DNA from: Polyangiaceae bacterium
GTDB taxonomy: Bacteria > Myxococcota_A > Polyangia > Polyangiales > Polyangiaceae
DNA length: 64,000 nt
Direction: 5' to 3'
Assembly (NCBI GenBank): GCA_050287085.1
Contig: JBNKBE010000004.1
Location: 224,288 to 288,287, forward strand
Part shown: in pieces, positions 48,817 through 58,300 of the stretch
How the letters are laid out: each line of letters begins with the position of its first letter
Position numbering within the stretch: the stretch's first letter is position 1
Translations under genes and position numbers: made by a program
The notes under the pieces: model-generated
Told to the model about the DNA's origin: nothing
The model's input: only the letters and a program-made list of their open reading frames with translations
The model's database searches: none

Positions 48817-49149
48817 TCAGGAACGGTCTGGAATTGGCAACGCCAGCAACGCGGACAGTCGCTCTACCATCCGGCGCTCGTGGCTCTCTTCTACACCGTC
48901 CACCCTCATTAGCAGGGCCGCGTTCTCCATCAGCAGCTCGCGCTCATCGACGCTGAGTTCTTCGCTCTCGAGGTGCGGCACTTGGGACGGCGAATTGCGC
49001 ATCCTCGAGAGCTGTAGCTCCTGCTCTTCGCTAGCATCGAAGCTGCACATCAGGCCCTCGATGACGCCCCATTCCTCATCCGCGACGCGCCCATCCGCCT
49101 GGGCCAACGCGATCAAGTATTCGATGATTCGGTGCTGTCGTTCGTCCAC
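48817..49149 (-). CDS. TerB family protein
   Basis: 'LIALAQADGRVADEE..VI' and a second 'LMRVDGVEESHERRMVERLSALL' motif. Confidence 0.8.
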   Translation of the reverse strand: MDERQHRIIEYLIALAQADGRVADEEWGVIEGLMCSFDASEEQELQLSRMRNSPSQVPHLESEELSVDERELLMENAALLMRVDGVEESHERRMVERLSALLALPIPDRS

Positions 49150-49279
49150 GGAGAGATCTTCCTGCGCTTCCGAAGCGCGACACAAGTCGGCCCGCGCGGC
49201 GAGGTGCGGCGCGGGCCTGGGCCATGTGTTTCAGCTTCTAGGGGCCCGCGACTGACTTTCCATCCGCGGACCCTAGGTA

Positions 49280-49972
49280 TCAGTCTCGATTCATGAAGAT
49301 TCGCAGCACATACCAAAACATCATCGCGACGGAGGCGAAGAGCTGCAGAGCGGCTCCCACGTAGCGATCTTCCGGATAGTGCCGGATGACGTTGGAAGTG
49401 TCCCACAGGATGGCGATGCCCGCCAAGCCCACCATGGCCACTGAGAAGAACGTGCCGAGCTGAAATCCGAACAGGACGCCCGCCACGATGGCCACCAGGG
49501 ACATGATGAGACCCCACTTGAGAATGCCACCCAGAAAGGAGAAGTCCTTGCGCGAGACAAAAGCCACCGCGGTCAATCCGCTGAAGCCCAGGAGAGTCAC
49601 CGTAGCGGCGCTCCCGATGGCGCCGGGCGCGCTGTATTCCGCCAAGAACAACATCGGGCAGAAGATGATGGCTTCAGCTACAACGTAAGCCGCCAAGCTC
49701 CCGTATTGGGCGACTTTGGACGCTGAAGTGTGGGCGAAGTGGGTCGCGATCATGCTGATGACGATGAAACCGCCCAACACCAGCAGCCAGTTGCCACTCA
49801 GCAAGGTCTGTGCGATCGGTTCGGCGAGCCCACTCTGAAATAGCGCTACCTCGACCAAGGTGAACGCCAGGATGGCTCCAAAGAGATGCCCGTAGGTCTT
49901 CGCGATGAAACGAGCTCGGGACTCGACGGCACCGCCGGTGCCGATGCGCGATCGTGATTGTGCGTACTGCAT
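49280..49972 (-). CDS. Bax inhibitor-1/YccA family membrane protein
   Basis: About 7 TM helices; 'FIAKTYGHL', 'RKDFSFLG', 'ILWDTSNVI..Y....YVGAALQLF'. Confidence 0.92.
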   Translation of the reverse strand: MQYAQSRSRIGTGGAVESRARFIAKTYGHLFGAILAFTLVEVALFQSGLAEPIAQTLLSGNWLLVLGGFIVISMIATHFAHTSASKVAQYGSLAAYVVAEAIIFCPMLFLAEYSAPGAIGSAATVTLLGFSGLTAVAFVSRKDFSFLGGILKWGLIMSLVAIVAGVLFGFQLGTFFSVAMVGLAGIAILWDTSNVIRHYPEDRYVGAALQLFASVAMMFWYVLRIFMNRD

Positions 49973-50156
49973 GGTTTTGCTCCGTGTTCGGTGAATGATA
50001 GGCATTGAGCGCCCGTGCGGCAAGACCTGCCCCCCGCTGAAAGGGTATTCAGCCGGCTGCGAGCGGTGAGAAGGCGAATACGGCCTCAGGGCCCGCGGAG
50101 GGGAAAGTCATACTGAGCCGGCCGAGCCTCCTGCTCTGGCGGGCGGGCTCGGCGCC

Positions 50157-51209
50157 TCAGGCGCGCAGCAGAACCGAGCCCCAGTGTAGGCCCGCGCCAA
50201 GCGCGAACACACACACCAACTGTCCCGCTTGGATCTCGGAGCGCTGCCGTAGCTCGTCGATAAGAATCGGAATGGTCGCGCTGGAGGTGTTGCCGTAGTT
50301 CTCGATATTGCTAGGCATTTTGGCCTCCTCCACCCCCAGTCGAGCGCGTACGACTTGATTGATGCGGGCGTTGGCTTGGTGTCCAATGAACCAATCGACC
50401 TCACTCAAGTCGACGCCCGCCCGCCTGCAAACGCACTGGATCGACTCTGGCAGCTTCGTGATAGCGTTCCGAAACACCTCGCGCCCATTCATGCGGGGAA
50501 TGAAGCGCTCCTGGTCCAAGTCCTCCTGACGCGCGTAGGGTCTCCGCGTGAAACCCGCGGGGATCAGCAGTTCTGCGGCCAGCGTGCCGTCCGAGTGGAT
50601 GTCGGTGGCGATGATCCCGCATTCGCGCTCAGCGCGCTCGAGCACCAGGGCCCCCGCTCCGTCGCCAAACAAGATAGAGAATCCACGGTAGCGGTTGGCG
50701 CGCGCCCATGCTTCGGGCGCTGGGGGCCCGTCCCGCTCTCCCGATAGAATGTCCCAGTCTATCCAAGGCATGAGCGAAGCGTGGTTCTCGGCTCCGATCA
50801 CCAAAATGCGCTGCGCCGCGCCGGCCGCCAGCAGTGAGTCCGCCAACTGAAAGCTGTACAGCATCGCAGCACATTGCGCCCGCAGGTCCAGGGCGGGCAC
50901 AGGTCCGAGCCCGAGTGCTGCTGTCAGCAAGGGCCCAGACCCGGGGAATAGATGATCCGGCGTCATCGTGTTGAAGAGAACGTAATCGATGTCCGTCGGT
51001 TCGAGGCCCGCGTTGGCGATCGCTCGCTGCGCTGCGGGGACGGCTAGGGCACCAACTCCCATACCCTCCCGGCAATAGTGCCTGTTTCTAATCCCCGTAC
51101 GCTGGTAGATCCAGGCGTCGTTGGTTTCCATGACCCGCGCAAGCGCATCGTTGTGGACCGGCTCCCCTGGAAGGAAGCGGCCGCTACCCGTGATGGTAAC
51201 TCCTGCCAT
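50157..51209 (-). CDS. fabH: Beta-ketoacyl-ACP synthase III
   Basis: 'WIYQRTGIRNR', catalytic Cys in 'AQCAA', 'LFGDGAGA', 'MNGREVF', 'HQAN', 'YGNTSSA'. Confidence 0.92.
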   Translation of the reverse strand: MAGVTITGSGRFLPGEPVHNDALARVMETNDAWIYQRTGIRNRHYCREGMGVGALAVPAAQRAIANAGLEPTDIDYVLFNTMTPDHLFPGSGPLLTAALGLGPVPALDLRAQCAAMLYSFQLADSLLAAGAAQRILVIGAENHASLMPWIDWDILSGERDGPPAPEAWARANRYRGFSILFGDGAGALVLERAERECGIIATDIHSDGTLAAELLIPAGFTRRPYARQEDLDQERFIPRMNGREVFRNAITKLPESIQCVCRRAGVDLSEVDWFIGHQANARINQVVRARLGVEEAKMPSNIENYGNTSSATIPILIDELRQRSEIQAGQLVCVFALGAGLHWGSVLLRA

Positions 51210-51287
51210 TTTGTTAGCGATAGATACGCGACCTGTGCCGTTTCAGCTTTGGGGTCTACACCGCCGGCTGCAAAAGGTGCCAGTAAG

Positions 51288-53030
51288 TCAGAGCGTATCC
51301 CAATCAAAGCGCTCCATGCGGGAGGTGTGCTCGGCCAGCGACTTCAGCGCATCGTCCTGATTGTCGTCGATCTCGGCAAGGGTCGTCTTCTGTCGGGCCC
51401 GGACCTGATGCGCGAAGACTCGCGCAATTTCGAGTTCCCGAGCGGCATCGGTGGCTCCCTTTTCCTGCACGGAGCGGGTGACGCGACTCAGGACAGCCAC
51501 CAGCGCAAACAGGTCGATCATGATGTCGGCTAGGCGCTTGGATGCCAATTGCTTCCCGATGATCCCCTTGCCGTGCTTGCGCAGCACGCGGTCCACGGCG
51601 CCAGCGAGGTTCTGAACACCGGTTTCGAAGATCTCGGCCTCGCGTTTCAGTTCCGCAGCAACTCCGGAGAGACTCCCCTCTTCGCCTCGAATCCGGGCGG
51701 CCAGCTTGCCCCGTTTGAGGGCGTATTCGGATAGAACGCCAAATCCCTTGATGGGGTCATTGAAAACGCCCTGCAAAGAAGCTTGGAGCTCCTTGAGTTG
51801 AGCTCCAACGCCACCCATCGCGGACAAGGCAATAAACAGGCGAAGCACCTCGTTGGTGCCTTCAAAGATCCGGTTGATGCGCGAGTCTCGCAGAATGCGC
51901 TGGTAGGGATACTCCATCATGTATCCATTGCCCGCCGCGATCTGAAGGGCCTCGTCCGCGGTGCGCCACAAGCATTCTGTGGCGAAGACTTTCGAGATGG
52001 CAGCCTCCACCGCGTAGTCCTCATATCCTTGATCGCTCAGGCCCGCGACCATCGTCACAACGGCTTCAGTCGCGTAGCAGTCAACGACCATCTGTCCAAG
52101 CTTCTCTTTGATGAGACCATATTCAGCGATCGCCTTGCCGAATTGCTTGCGTTCATTCGCCTGCTTCGAGGCGCGCTCAATCAGTCGTTTCATCGCTCCG
52201 ATCGAACCCCCGCCGAGCCCGCTGCGGCCGCTGTTGAGGATTGTCATCGCGATTTTGAAGCCCTTGTTGACTTCACCGAGGACATTGTCGACCGGGACCC
52301 TCACGTTGTCGAAGGTGACCGTTGTGGTCGAGCTGGCTCGAATCCCGAGCTTGTCCTCGTGCGGGCCGATGGTGATATCCCCCATGTCCTTGGTCACCAA
52401 GAACGCGGTGATCTTGCCTCGGCCCTCACTGCTGGTCTTTGCGAAGACCGTGTAGAAGTCGGCAATCCCCCCGTTGGTGATCCAGAGCTTGCTTCCGCTC
52501 AGCACCCAAGCGTCGCCGTCCAACTCAGCGTGAGTCTTGATCGAGGCGGCGTCGGAGCCCGCCCCGGGCTCCGTCAGACAGAAGGCGGCGATCAATTCCC
52601 CGCTGACGAGCTTAGGGAAGTACCGAGACTTCTGCTCGTCATTGCCAAACAACAGCAATCCGCGCATGCCTATCGAGCTATGGGCACCCACGGTCACCGC
52701 TACCGATGCGTCGTAGCGGGCCAGCTCTTGTAGCGTACGAGAATACGCCCCCGAACCAAAACCGAGCCCCCCGTATTGCTCGGGGATCACGAGGCCAAAG
52801 AGCCCGAACTCTCGGAGCTCTTGGATGAACTCCGGGGGCATTTCTCCCGCCTTATCCCAGCGCGCGAAGTCTTCCTCATGGCTGTGCATGAGCTGCCCAA
52901 CGGAGTCCGTGACGCCGCGCAGGAGCTCAGCCTGCTCTTCGTCGAGTGCCGGAAAGGGCATAACCATACTGGACTCGATGCTGCCCATGCACAGGCTACG
53001 CATGAAACTCAAACTCTGCTTGTCGCCCAA
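51288..53030 (-). CDS. Acyl-CoA dehydrogenase (ACAD9/VLCAD-like, with C-terminal extension)
   Basis: 'AFCLTEPGAGSDA', 'GSKLWITNGG', 'KLGIRASST', 'ERKQFG', 'RDSRINRIFEGTNE'. TTG start with GGAGG RBS. Confidence 0.95.
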   Translation of the reverse strand: MGDKQSLSFMRSLCMGSIESSMVMPFPALDEEQAELLRGVTDSVGQLMHSHEEDFARWDKAGEMPPEFIQELREFGLFGLVIPEQYGGLGFGSGAYSRTLQELARYDASVAVTVGAHSSIGMRGLLLFGNDEQKSRYFPKLVSGELIAAFCLTEPGAGSDAASIKTHAELDGDAWVLSGSKLWITNGGIADFYTVFAKTSSEGRGKITAFLVTKDMGDITIGPHEDKLGIRASSTTTVTFDNVRVPVDNVLGEVNKGFKIAMTILNSGRSGLGGGSIGAMKRLIERASKQANERKQFGKAIAEYGLIKEKLGQMVVDCYATEAVVTMVAGLSDQGYEDYAVEAAISKVFATECLWRTADEALQIAAGNGYMMEYPYQRILRDSRINRIFEGTNEVLRLFIALSAMGGVGAQLKELQASLQGVFNDPIKGFGVLSEYALKRGKLAARIRGEEGSLSGVAAELKREAEIFETGVQNLAGAVDRVLRKHGKGIIGKQLASKRLADIMIDLFALVAVLSRVTRSVQEKGATDAARELEIARVFAHQVRARQKTTLAEIDDNQDDALKSLAEHTSRMERFDWDTL

Positions 53031-53365
53031 GAAGACCTCCTGAAGTCCTTGCGGACCGCTTGTCGTCGCAGTCCGGAGCCGGCTGCGATCGTCAAAAATC
53101 CAATCACTAGAGTATTCGCTACTGCCCGTGCGGCCTCATGAGCCACAAACGCACCCACCGCGGGTTCTGGGACCCAGTGGGTGTCATTTCCGTATCTTGG
53201 CGCAGGGGCCGTATCCCCAGTGTGGCCTGAAACCAGGGGGCGCGCTGCTCTCGTATGCCGCTTGGGGCTCGAGTGCCGCGCCGCGGGCGGCTGTGCGTTC
53301 TGCTGCTCTTCGGGTGTCGTAGGCCGGTGCGAGGCACGCGCGCCCCGTCGCTCCCCCGGGGATCG

Positions 53366-54418
53366 CTACGGCGTCGCCCCGGGTGTCTCGGGCAGGAGCG
53401 CCTCGAGCAGCCCAGCTGGGGCGTCCAGCGAAAATGTTACGCGTTGGTCCGCGCGATCGACTGTCACCGCCTCCGCCAGAGAGACCGTGGGCGCTAACAA
53501 GTGCTGCACCATGGCGGGGGCCGAGCGCGCTCGCTCACGCACCGCGGCGAGCTCAGCCCGAGCGAGCGTGGCCACCCTTTCCGCCTGGGCCTTGTCGCGG
53601 GCCGTGAGGGTCCCGACGAGCGACGCATGCTTGACGTCGACCGTGGCTTCGACCCGCAGCGCCTTCGCACCGGTCAGCGCCTCCCCTAGCGGTGACGCGC
53701 TGAGCGCCTCTTCGAATAGCCGAGACGATGCAACGAGGGTCGCCATCGCGCGACTTTCTCCAAGCCCGTAGCCAGCGTCCGCGACGCCCGGCTTGAGATG
53801 GGCGGCCAGAAGGGCCTTCTGGTTGGAGAGCAGCAGCGTCCGCTCCGGCGTCTGAAGCAACCAACGGCCGTCGCGTTGTAGCGCCGTCAGTCCGCTCACA
53901 CTTTCTTGCAGCACTCCAACCGAGTCGGGCAAGTGTTGGCGCACCAAGGGCAACACGCCCTCCGGGAAGCGACCCGACACGGCCGCCATGAACACCGAGC
54001 CGAGCTCCGCACCTCCCACCGGGTTGGGCCGGAACAAGCAGATGGCGATCTGCTCAAGGTCGCGCCGAGGGTCCACGCCAGCGCCGTTGAGCAGCGCCTG
54101 AAAAGACTGCTGTTCTGCGGTGGCTGGGCGGCCCGGCCGCCCTTCCCCGGGTTCCAGCAGAAGCTCGGCGATGCGCGGATTGGCGAGCAACGCATGAGCG
54201 CGCACCAGTAGAAGCACGTCACAGTCGCTAGGCATATACCTGAGCGCATCCGGCGATGCTGCCAATGCCGAGACCGCGGTGGGAGCGGAAGCGGGCGCTT
54301 GTTGCGTGGAGCTCTCCTCCGGAGCGGAATGAGAGCTCGATCGGTCACACTGACAGCCCCAGCCAACGCCCAGTGCCCACGCCGTGGCCAGCGCAACCCG
54401 CCTTATTGAAGCCATCAC
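53366..54418 (-). CDS. Hypothetical exported protein / lipoprotein
   Basis: Signal peptide with 'GWGCQC'; 'LRYMPSD', 'GVDPRRDLEQI'. Coupled to the upstream HAD gene. Confidence 0.75.
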   Translation of the reverse strand: MMASIRRVALATAWALGVGWGCQCDRSSSHSAPEESSTQQAPASAPTAVSALAASPDALRYMPSDCDVLLLVRAHALLANPRIAELLLEPGEGRPGRPATAEQQSFQALLNGAGVDPRRDLEQIAICLFRPNPVGGAELGSVFMAAVSGRFPEGVLPLVRQHLPDSVGVLQESVSGLTALQRDGRWLLQTPERTLLLSNQKALLAAHLKPGVADAGYGLGESRAMATLVASSRLFEEALSASPLGEALTGAKALRVEATVDVKHASLVGTLTARDKAQAERVATLARAELAAVRERARSAPAMVQHLLAPTVSLAEAVTVDRADQRVTFSLDAPAGLLEALLPETPGATP

Positions 54419-55047
54419 GAGACATTCTCCAATCCGGGGGGCACCCGAAAACGGCCTGAATTATCCACGGCGACCCAGCCCATCCCGGCGCGTTCAGCAG
54501 CGAGCAGCCCAAGCTCGGCGTCTTCGAAGACCACACACCGTTCCGGGCGCACCGCCAAACGTTCGGCGCAGCGTAAGAAGACGTCGGGCGCCGGCTTTCC
54601 GGGCAGGACTTCACCCGCGCAGATCGCAAAGTCGAACCATGACGCTATCTCGAGAGCCTCGAGGGCGCGTTGAACGTGCTGCCGACGGCTGCCCGAGGCC
54701 ACGGCCATTGGTTTCAGCCCGACTTGTGTGCGGCAGGCTTCGACCACCGGCTCGACCGGGCCGAGGGCCGTCGAGCCAAGGTCATAGGCCGTCTGATAGT
54801 CGCGTTCGACGCGGGCCGGATCGAGTGTTGTTCCGAACTGCGCGTTGAGCTCTGAAACCGTATGAAGCAGCGACATCCCGGCTCGGGACATGAACAAGTC
54901 CCACGAAAAGTCGAAGGGGGCTTCGCTCGCCCGAAGGGCGCTCTGCCAAGCACGGTGATGGGCGGGCATGCTGTCTACGAGCGTTCCGTCGCAGTCGAGA
55001 ATCCAAGCATCAGCGCTCCAGGCCGCAGCCGGAATGTGAAGGCGCAT
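54415..55047 (-). CDS. HAD family phosphatase (beta-PGM/YqaB-like)
   Basis: 'LDCDGTLVDS', 'VASGS', 'GKPAPDVF', 'CVVFEDA..GL.AA..AGM'. Confidence 0.92.
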   Translation of the reverse strand: MRLHIPAAAWSADAWILDCDGTLVDSMPAHHRAWQSALRASEAPFDFSWDLFMSRAGMSLLHTVSELNAQFGTTLDPARVERDYQTAYDLGSTALGPVEPVVEACRTQVGLKPMAVASGSRRQHVQRALEALEIASWFDFAICAGEVLPGKPAPDVFLRCAERLAVRPERCVVFEDAELGLLAAERAGMGWVAVDNSGRFRVPPGLENVS

Positions 55048-55187
55048 AGTCGCTGGCAGTCTACACTGGCGCCCCTGGGATCGCCGCTAGCTCCTGATCC
55101 CGCATACGCGCGAGCGGCCAACCAGTCGAGTGTGTGACCTCAGCCGGGAGCGGTCCGGAAACGCTGAATCTCGTTATAGTGCCGGCG

Positions 55188-55790
55188 ATGACGAGCGAGC
55201 CCTTTGGCGAGGCCTACTACCAGCGATTCTATCTGGATCCGGAAACCCGGGTCTACTCCGCCAAAGAACACGATGCTCTGGCACGTTATGTCGTGGGGTT
55301 TGCAGAATGGAATCAACTGCCGACGACCCGCATTCTGGACGTCGGGGCCGGCGTCGGCTTGTGGCGCGATTGGATCGCTCGCCATCTGCCGGAAGCACAA
55401 TACACCGGGACCGAAGTCAGCGCCTTCATGGCCAAGAAGTGCGGCTATGTTCATTGCGACATCGCCCACTGGCGCTCGCGCTCCAAATACGATCTCATCA
55501 TCTGCCAAGGGGTACTTCAGTACCTGAGTGACGCTGCCGTGGAATCGGCGGTGGCCAACATTGCGGCTATGGCCAGGGGCCTGGTGTTCTTCGAAGCGCT
55601 CACCAAACAGGACCTGGAAGAACGCGCCGACCGGGACCGGACGGACGGCGACGTCCACGTTCGCTCAGGCCGCTTCTACCGACAGCTCTTCCGTCGGCAC
55701 TTTGACATCATTGGCGCTGGGTTGTATTGGCCGCGCGACTACGAGAGCCCCTTCTGGGAGCTGGACGTGGGCTACCCGAGCTCCCGCTGA
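55188..55790 (+). CDS. Class I SAM-dependent methyltransferase
   Basis: 'ILDVGAGVG', 'YTGTEVS', 'YDLIICQGVLQYL'. Confidence 0.9.
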   Translation: MTSEPFGEAYYQRFYLDPETRVYSAKEHDALARYVVGFAEWNQLPTTRILDVGAGVGLWRDWIARHLPEAQYTGTEVSAFMAKKCGYVHCDIAHWRSRSKYDLIICQGVLQYLSDAAVESAVANIAAMARGLVFFEALTKQDLEERADRDRTDGDVHVRSGRFYRQLFRRHFDIIGAGLYWPRDYESPFWELDVGYPSSR

Positions 55791-55803
55791 GGAAAGCGAC
55801 GCC

Positions 55804-56088
55804 ATGAACACGAAAAACGCCGTCAAGATGAGCATCACCTTGCTGTGTTTGGCTGCAAGCGCCGGGTCGCTGTACAACGTGAACTCTGACATTGGTCCGC
55901 TGCAGGCCCAGGCCGAAGCGATCGCCTGCCCGAAGAAGTGCGCGAGCCTTAGGGCGCTCAGTCGGACCCCTTTCGCTCAGACTTTCACGTTTCAGCTGGG
56001 CGCTGGAGCCGCGCGGACGGCGACGGTCAAGTGCGCTCGCTCCTGGGTGTTTCTTGGCGCGTATGAATGCGAGCGCGCCAGCCCCTGA
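55804..56088 (+). CDS. Small exported or membrane-anchored Cys-containing hypothetical protein
   Basis: RBS GAGGA. Hydrophobic N-terminus, then 'ACPKKC...VKCARSWVFLGAYEC'. Confidence 0.7.
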   Translation: MNTKNAVKMSITLLCLAASAGSLYNVNSDIGPLQAQAEAIACPKKCASLRALSRTPFAQTFTFQLGAGAARTATVKCARSWVFLGAYECERASP

Positions 56089-56115
56089 TGCGCGAGGAGC
56101 GCGCGCCCCTCAGCG

Positions 56116-56916
56116 TCAGTTAGGGCAACGGGCGTCGGCCAGCGGCCGTAGCAGCGAGAGCTCTCGCTCCACTTCTTTTCGGTCGGCGCTAACGGGCCCC
56201 GCGAGGTAGCGTTCATAGTCCGCCACGGCCGAGCGCGGAGCGCCGAGCCGGGCAAATAGGCGAGCTCGATCGCGATACACCGGCGAGGCCTCCGGCCCCC
56301 CAAGCGTGGCAAGCGACGTCAGCACCACGAGCAGCGGTCCCTTGTTGGACTCGGCCCGCAAGAGCTCGCGAATGAGGAGAAGCCATTTGCGAGCCATGTG
56401 GCGTGGCGCGACGGCCGCGAGGCGTCCGGGATCGAAATCGGGGTGGCCTGTTGTTTCTTCGGCGACCAGGTGGAGGTCGTCGCGATTGAGCTCGAATCCG
56501 CTGCGCGGGTCGAGCAGCGCGGAGCGATCTACGTGGGCAACGGGTCTTCGATCCACGAGACGCAGCAAGGGCAGGCCGGGAAAGTCCACCCACTCCACCG
56601 CTCCGCCGGCTTGTTCTGCGATCGTCGCAAGGGCGAGAGCCAGAACCAAAGGCCCTGCCGGACGATGACCCAGGGCGGTCGGCAACAGCCCGGCCAAGCT
56701 GGGCTCCGTTTCTGCCACCAGACCACCCGGCACGAAGAGAGCGTCTCGCAAGCGAGCCGCTTGTTCTTTTGGGGCTAGTCGTTCGAAGTCGGTGCCATCG
56801 AGCCGCGAGCCGAGCTTGTGAACCACACCGCTCGCTCGGCTCGCGGCGCCAGGAACGGCGCTGAGTCGGTCGGCGACGTCCAGCGCGAGCGTGAACCATT
56901 CGAGGCTTGATTGCAC
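56116..56916 (-). CDS. SirB1-like (transglutaminase-like + TPR) protein, divergent
   Basis: 'GPLVLAL...VDFPG..LLR', 'LLDPRSG', C-terminal TPR 'YRDRARLFARLG....AVADYERYL'. Confidence 0.75.
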   Translation of the reverse strand: MQSSLEWFTLALDVADRLSAVPGAASRASGVVHKLGSRLDGTDFERLAPKEQAARLRDALFVPGGLVAETEPSLAGLLPTALGHRPAGPLVLALALATIAEQAGGAVEWVDFPGLPLLRLVDRRPVAHVDRSALLDPRSGFELNRDDLHLVAEETTGHPDFDPGRLAAVAPRHMARKWLLLIRELLRAESNKGPLLVVLTSLATLGGPEASPVYRDRARLFARLGAPRSAVADYERYLAGPVSADRKEVERELSLLRPLADARCPN

Positions 56917-57033
56917 TCGCCGGAGCTTAGCAAAAGCGCGTGCCCCACAGGCCGGTTATCTTGAACCGAGCGCGCCTTTGCCTGGCGACAGCTCTCGCCA
57001 AACCGGATCGCTTGGAGTAGGTTCCGGCGCCGT

Positions 57034-58269
57034 ATGTTGCTGCAGGAACTACAGGGCAAGAAGATCGGGATCTGCGTCTCCGGCGGGCTCGACAGCAAAA
57101 CCGTGACAACCCGTCTGAAGGAGGCCGGTGCGGACGTGTTGTGTTTTACCGCCGACCTCGCACAGCCGGACGAAGAGGACATCTCGGGGGTCGTGGCCAA
57201 GATGAGCCCCACCGGCGCAGAGACGGTTGTCGTCGACCTCCGAAGCGAGATGGCCGAGGCCTGCTTTGAGGTGATTCGAGCGCAGGCTACGTATGACGGC
57301 GGATACTGGAATACGACGGGGATTGCGCGTGCCGTAACGGTTCGCGGCCTGCTGGGCGCTATGCAGGAGCGCGGCTGCGCCGTGCTCGCACACGGCGCGA
57401 CTGGCCGTGGCAACGATCAGCTGCGCTTCGAGCGCTACACCAACGTCTTGGCTCCTGACATGGACGTCTACGCGCCCTGGCGCGACCCCGGCCTGCTTGC
57501 GCAGTTTCCAGGACGGCGTGAGATGGCCGCCTACCTGAAGGCGAAGGGCATCGAAGCCGATGTTGGTCCGCGCAAGCGCTATAGCACCGATGCGAACTTG
57601 GCGGGCCTCTCCCACGAAGCCGAGGACCTCGAGAGCTTGAGCACCGCCTGCACCATCGTCGAGCCGACCATGGGCGTGTGGCCTCACCAGGCGCCGGACC
57701 AGATCCGCAGCGTGACGCTCGAGTACGAGGCGGGACGTTGCGTTGCTATCGACGGCAAGCGAGATACCCCCCTTGGGCTGATGCTGGAGGCTAATCGCAT
57801 TGGGGGCGAGTGCGGCGTTGGCATGCGCAACGCTTTGGAGAATCGCGTCATCGGCACGAAGAGTCGCGGCGTGTACGAAGCCCCCGGCATGGAGGTGCTG
57901 GGGACCGGTCTGGCGTATGTCTATCAGGCCGTCTTAGACCGCCGCTCAACCCACCTATTCAAACAGCTCTCCGGCTTGATCGCCGACCAGATCTACGACG
58001 GTCGGTATTTCGATCCCGCAACCCAAGCCGCGCAGGCGGCGATCGCGTCTCTGGCTCGCACCGCCACTGGCAAGGTCGAACTCGGCTTGTATCGGGGCCA
58101 CCTGTACTTCCACAAGATGTGGGATTGCCCCCACTCGCTCTACAACGAGGCCGATTCATCCATGGAGGCCTCTGAAGGGCTCAACCCGACCAGCTCTCAG
58201 GGGTATGTCGAAGTGCAGAGCGTCGAGGCCAAGGTGATGGCAAAGGCGGGGCAGGTTCGTGCTCGCTAA
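57034..58269 (+). CDS. argG: Argininosuccinate synthase
   Basis: 'SGGLDS', 'AHGATGRGNDQLRF', 'YAPWRD', 'YSTDANL', 'ENRVIGTKSRGVYEAPG'. Confidence 0.95.
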   Translation: MLLQELQGKKIGICVSGGLDSKTVTTRLKEAGADVLCFTADLAQPDEEDISGVVAKMSPTGAETVVVDLRSEMAEACFEVIRAQATYDGGYWNTTGIARAVTVRGLLGAMQERGCAVLAHGATGRGNDQLRFERYTNVLAPDMDVYAPWRDPGLLAQFPGRREMAAYLKAKGIEADVGPRKRYSTDANLAGLSHEAEDLESLSTACTIVEPTMGVWPHQAPDQIRSVTLEYEAGRCVAIDGKRDTPLGLMLEANRIGGECGVGMRNALENRVIGTKSRGVYEAPGMEVLGTGLAYVYQAVLDRRSTHLFKQLSGLIADQIYDGRYFDPATQAAQAAIASLARTATGKVELGLYRGHLYFHKMWDCPHSLYNEADSSMEASEGLNPTSSQGYVEVQSVEAKVMAKAGQVRAR

Positions 58270-58300
58270 GCGTGCGGAGCGCGCCAGAGCTGCGTCGGGA

